Of a DNA stretch of 64,000 bases, positions 60,120 to 64,000 are shown piece by piece; the stretch's first letter is position 1; each line of letters begins with the position of its first letter. The DNA is from Acidobacteriota bacterium (lineage in GTDB: Bacteria > Acidobacteriota > UBA6911), in NCBI GenBank assembly GCA_963664705.1, contig OY761556.1, forward strand, positions 6,176,001 through 6,240,000, in the 5' to 3' direction. Below the pieces are notes generated by a model, which made no database searches, was not told the origin of the DNA, and saw nothing but the letters and a program-made list of their open reading frames with translations. A program made the position numbers and the translations under genes.

Positions 60120-60821
60120 CTATTCCTGTATGAGCAGCAGGGTGGTCGGATCCAGTGCTACATGGCTCGGACTGACCTCGGGATTGTCATGGTCTTTGAG
60201 CAGCCGCAGCGTGACATATTTCTCTCCCTGCTCCAGCGCGAGGATCACGTCAATCGAGTCTTCCAGGTGAGCGAGCGGTTCCGGGATGCCTCGATCATTC
60301 CTGGTGGAGTCCCGATGGGTGACTGCGGACATCCAGAGCTCTCCGTCGATTTCGCGGGCAATCTGGCGCAATTCCGCCATGTCTTCCTTTGTCGCCTGTT
60401 CGAATCGATATCCTTCGAGGATCAGGGCGGCGGGGTAGAAGTCCATGTGCGTGTTGAGGAATGCGATGGCATCGCGCAGCTTGGCGACGGAAAAGCTGTT
60501 GCCGACGTAGGTGTGGATGTTCCGGCAACGTTCGACATCGAGCCGTTCGGCGCCGATGTCCTGCAGATTGCCGGTCTTGGCCAGGTCCATGAATATTTCG
60601 TCGTAGTAGTTCCGAATCTTCTCGATGCGCTCGTCCAGCGCGACGTGCAGAACTTTGCGGCCGCGCATGAGATCATCCAGGGCGATGTCGACCAGGACGG
60701 CACTCTTGCCCACTCCGTGCCGTGCCGCGACGACTCCGATGTTGCCGCGGCCGAGTCCGCCGTGAATCGATTTTTCCAGGAGCCTCAGAGGGCTGCGTTC
60801 ATTCAGATCTTTTCGATGCAT
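60120..60821 (-). CDS. RecA/KaiC-like P-loop ATPase
   Basis: GGLGRGNIGVVAARHGVGKS Walker A, VLHVALD. Confidence 0.75.
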   Translation of the reverse strand: MHRKDLNERSPLRLLEKSIHGGLGRGNIGVVAARHGVGKSAVLVDIALDDLMRGRKVLHVALDERIEKIRNYYDEIFMDLAKTGNLQDIGAERLDVERCRNIHTYVGNSFSVAKLRDAIAFLNTHMDFYPAALILEGYRFEQATKEDMAELRQIAREIDGELWMSAVTHRDSTRNDRGIPEPLAHLEDSIDVILALEQGEKYVTLRLLKDHDNPEVSPSHVALDPTTLLLIQE

Positions 60822-60845
60822 GGTCTTTTCTCCTCCAACCCTCTT

Positions 60846-62942
60846 TTATTCGTCGTCTTTATCCGCGCCGGTCCCGTATTTCTTGATCAGATCCTTCGAG
60901 ACTTCGGAAGGCACCGGAACGTATCGGCTGAACTCCATTGTAAACTCGGCTTTTCCCTGGCTCGAGGACCGGAGATCGGTGGAATAGCCAAACATCTCCG
61001 AGAGCGGCACATCCGCGTCCACGCGGGCGAATCCTTCGGATTCGGTTGTGCCGACGATAATACCGCGTCGCTGCATGATCGTGCGGACGAATGAGCCCTG
61101 GAATTCGACCGGGCCTTCGACCGAAACTTTCATCAGCGGCTCCAGGATATGAGGTTTGGCCCGGTGGTACACCTCGCGGAACGCCCCTCTCGCGGCAGCC
61201 TGGAATGCATTGTCGGATGAATCGACCGAGTGCGCCGCTCCATCGTTGATAACGACGCGAAGGCCCGTCACCGGGAAACCGATCAAACGTCCTTTTTTCA
61301 GCATGGAACGGAAACCTTTTTCCACGGAAGGGATGAACTCCCTCGGGATGGCTCCACCGACAATTTCATCCACGAATTCGAAGTCTCCCATTTCCAGCGG
61401 CTCGAGGTATCCGCCGATGCGTCCATACTGCCCGGATCCACCCGTCTGCTTTTTGTGGGTGTAATCGAATTCCGCGCGATGACTGATCGCTTCCCGATAA
61501 GCCACCTGCGGGGCGCCGGTTTCGACTTCGGCCCCATATTCCCGTTTCATCCGTTCGACGTAGACATCGAGATGCAGCTCACCCATGCCGGAGATAATCG
61601 TCTCGCCGGATTCTTCGTCGACGCGCGTCTTGAAGGTCGGATCTTCCTTGGTGAACCGGTTCAAAGCCTTGGCAACATTGCCGGACATCTTACGGTCTTT
61701 GGGTTTGATGGTCAGATGAATGACCGGGTCGGGAACGTGCATCGACGTCATGGCGTAATTCACCTTTTCGGAAGAAAAGGTGTCGCCGGATGCACAGTCT
61801 ATCCCGAAAAGCGCGACAATATCGCCGGCGTGAGATTCCCCGATGTCCTCCATCTCATTGGAGTGCATCCGCACAAGCCGGCCGACGCGAACATCTTTGC
61901 CGGTGCGGCGGTTGACGATGGTATCCCCTCTCTGGATGGTGCCCTGGTAGATGCGGATGTAGGTCAACTGCCCGAACCGCGTCTCCTCGAGCTTGAATGC
62001 CAGCGCGACAAAGGGATCCGATGGCTCAGGCTTCAGAATGACTTTGGCTTCATCCTGCGAAAGGTCCAGCGCCTCGTTCTGCACTTCCGTAGGATCGGGC
62101 AGATAGAGATTAACCGCATCCAGGAGCGGTTGAATCGCGGTGTTCTTGTAGGCCGAGCCCATGAATACCGGCGTCAGTTGCAGCGCAATGGTTCCTTTGC
62201 GCGCTGCCTCGTAAATCATTTCGGGAGTAACCGTTTCCTCCAGCGCTGCCTCGAGGAGCCGGTCGGAGAACAAGGAGAGAGCATCCAGCATTTCCTGGCG
62301 CTTTTCCTCCGCCTGGCTGAGGAGGGCCTCCGGTATTTCCTCGACGCGGCGGATCTCGCCGTTGGCGCCGTCGAAGTAATGAGCCTTCATGGTGGCCAGG
62401 TCGATGACCCCTTCAAACTGGGCTTCCAGTCCGATGGGGATCTGCATCATGATGGCGTTGAGCTTGAGTTTTTCCCGAAGCTGCTCGGTTACACGGAAAG
62501 GGTTGGCTCCCGATCGATCGAGCTTGTTAATGAAGGCCAGCCGCGGCACGTTGTAGCGGCGCATCTGACGGTCCACGGTCAAAGACTGGGACTGGACACC
62601 GGCAACTCCGCAGAGGACCAGCACGGCGCCGTCCAGGACCCGCAGCGAGCGCTCTACCTCGATCGTGAAATCGACGTGGCCGGGCGTATCGATAATGTTG
62701 ATGAAGTGGCCTGCCCACTCGCAATAGGTCGCGGCGGACGCGATCGTAATGCCGCGCTCGCGTTCGAGTTCCATCGAATCCATTACCGCGCCGACGCCAT
62801 CCTTGCCCTTGACGTCATGCATGATCCGAATGCGCTGGGTATAGAATAGGATGCGCTCGGTTAATGTAGTTTTGCCGGAATCAATATGTGCGCTGATTCC
62901 TATGTTTCGTACTCGTCGCAAGTCCCTGGTCAAAGCTGCCAC
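60846..62942 (-). CDS. fusA: Elongation factor G (outside the str operon)
   Basis: [58 protein letters not shown]. Confidence 0.96.
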   Translation of the reverse strand: MAALTRDLRRVRNIGISAHIDSGKTTLTERILFYTQRIRIMHDVKGKDGVGAVMDSMELERERGITIASAATYCEWAGHFINIIDTPGHVDFTIEVERSLRVLDGAVLVLCGVAGVQSQSLTVDRQMRRYNVPRLAFINKLDRSGANPFRVTEQLREKLKLNAIMMQIPIGLEAQFEGVIDLATMKAHYFDGANGEIRRVEEIPEALLSQAEEKRQEMLDALSLFSDRLLEAALEETVTPEMIYEAARKGTIALQLTPVFMGSAYKNTAIQPLLDAVNLYLPDPTEVQNEALDLSQDEAKVILKPEPSDPFVALAFKLEETRFGQLTYIRIYQGTIQRGDTIVNRRTGKDVRVGRLVRMHSNEMEDIGESHAGDIVALFGIDCASGDTFSSEKVNYAMTSMHVPDPVIHLTIKPKDRKMSGNVAKALNRFTKEDPTFKTRVDEESGETIISGMGELHLDVYVERMKREYGAEVETGAPQVAYREAISHRAEFDYTHKKQTGGSGQYGRIGGYLEPLEMGDFEFVDEIVGGAIPREFIPSVEKGFRSMLKKGRLIGFPVTGLRVVINDGAAHSVDSSDNAFQAAARGAFREVYHRAKPHILEPLMKVSVEGPVEFQGSFVRTIMQRRGIIVGTTESEGFARVDADVPLSEMFGYSTDLRSSSQGKAEFTMEFSRYVPVPSEVSKDLIKKYGTGADKDDE

Positions 62943-63026
62943 CTCTTTCTTTCATCCAAAATGAGCAACGAATATTACCAGATGTGTCAAGTGCCTGGGA
63001 GAGGCCTGCTGAAAGTGCCGTCGGTC

Positions 63027-63275
63027 CTACCGCCCCAGCGGCTTCTTCAGAACCTTTTTCCACTGGAAGGGATACAGGTAGATACAGGCCGATGCGGCCA
63101 TAAGCAATGAACCTATTTTAATATGGGACGAGACAATGTTAAATACGCCAATGATCATTAAGGCCAGGCATACCCGGAAGTGCCAATTGCTGTATGTGAA
63201 AGCCTTCCGCATGCGCTCGCCGTCGGCTTCGATATTGGGATAACTGTAAGGACTCATGGTAGAGCCTCCTGCCAA
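63027..63275 (-). CDS. Small hypothetical membrane protein
   Basis: Two hydrophobic segments; ATG 63257 preceded by GGAGG is the likelier start. Confidence 0.5.
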   Translation of the reverse strand: MAGGSTMSPYSYPNIEADGERMRKAFTYSNWHFRVCLALMIIGVFNIVSSHIKIGSLLMAASACIYLYPFQWKKVLKKPLGR

Positions 63276-63477
63276 AGCTCAGAGCCAGTTTATATTATAT
63301 AGAAAATCGAATCCTGTTCCGATTGAAAGACGCGTCGATCTCCCGCGCCGGTAATCCATGATAAGATAATCGCTATTGTGAAGAATCGTCTAATGGATCA
63401 ATCTCCCTGTCGGCTAACAATAGGATAAACCCGGTGGTCCGCTGCGCCAGGCGGAACACCGCAAAAGGAAAGAACTC

Positions 63478-64000
63478 ATGACGCGCCTCTTTAGCCTGAT
63501 CTGCGCCGCGCTAGCATTGTCCTTTACCGTGTCCGCCCATGCAGACACCGCGCTCGATGACTTCGCCCGTGATCTCGATCGCACCGAGAGCGTGCGCGCG
63601 GTCAAGACCCTCCAGCGAGTATATGCCCAATTTGCGCAGGATGGCCTTTGGACCCAGGCCGGCGCGCTGTTTGCCGCGGATGGAAGCTTCGTCTTCGACG
63701 GGCAGATCACGCCGGGCGAGACGGCCAAAGGGCCGGCCGCAATTGCCGCTTTCCTGCGGGCACGCTATGGCGGCGGCCAGGATGGGCCCGCGGTAGATGG
63801 ACTTTCGACGATGATGATCGAGGCCCCGGTTGTCAATCTCGCCCCCGACGGCAACAGTGCCAGGGCGCGCTGGGAAGTCATGATCTTCCATGGCCATGGT
63901 GGCAAAGCGCGTATCGAAGGAGGCGTCTTCGAGAATGACTATGTACGGCAGAATGGCATCTGGAAGATCGCCGTTGCCCATTATTATCCGCAATATGACG
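63478..64000 (+). CDS. Secreted SnoaL-like/NTF2-fold protein, runs off the window
   Basis: Not in the ORF track. Manual translation: MTRLFSLICAALALSFTVSAHADTALDDFARDLDRTESVRAVKTLQRVYAQF...LFAADG...ARARW...ENDYVRQNGIWKIA. Confidence 0.8.
   Translation, partial: MTRLFSLICAALALSFTVSAHADTALDDFARDLDRTESVRAVKTLQRVYAQFAQDGLWTQAGALFAADGSFVFDGQITPGETAKGPAAIAAFLRARYGGGQDGPAVDGLSTMMIEAPVVNLAPDGNSARARWEVMIFHGHGGKARIEGGVFENDYVRQNGIWKIAVAHYYPQYD

Overview
Bacterial chromosomal window, GC-rich, densely coding, about 52 CDS. No rRNA, tRNA, CRISPR array, integrase or transposase was seen. Gene content (NHL/beta-barrel exported proteins, group 3b hydrogenase, Mo-hydroxylase) suggests an anaerobic or facultative Acidobacteriota-like organism, which is an inference. 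Recognisable blocks: MFS/RarD/deaminase; a three-gene xanthine-dehydrogenase-family operon; pgi-pgl; monomeric icd; panE; a minus-strand run of uncharacterised, internally duplicated enzymes plus a GH2; a group 3b [NiFe] hydrogenase operon with a two-component system; HD-domain signalling proteins; and an orphan fusA. Most notable: (1) two annotated ORFs at 37474-39225 are probably one exported selenoprotein, with an in-frame UGA giving a U-H-G-C motif followed by a SECIS-like hairpin; (2) a PqqD/RRE protein with a fused leader-like tail, clustered with an HprK-like kinase, a nucleotidyltransferase and three GT2s but no lasso cyclase (candidate new RiPP or glyco-modification system); (3) a Mo-hydroxylase FAD subunit with a whole GltD/NfnB-like module inserted in its [4Fe-4S] loop; (4) a vasohibin-like Cys-His-Ser protease; (5) a diverged ~410-bp tandem repeat starting in the 3' end of a thioesterase gene, plus several families of short-unit intergenic repeats. 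All family assignments come from motif recognition by eye, not database searches.
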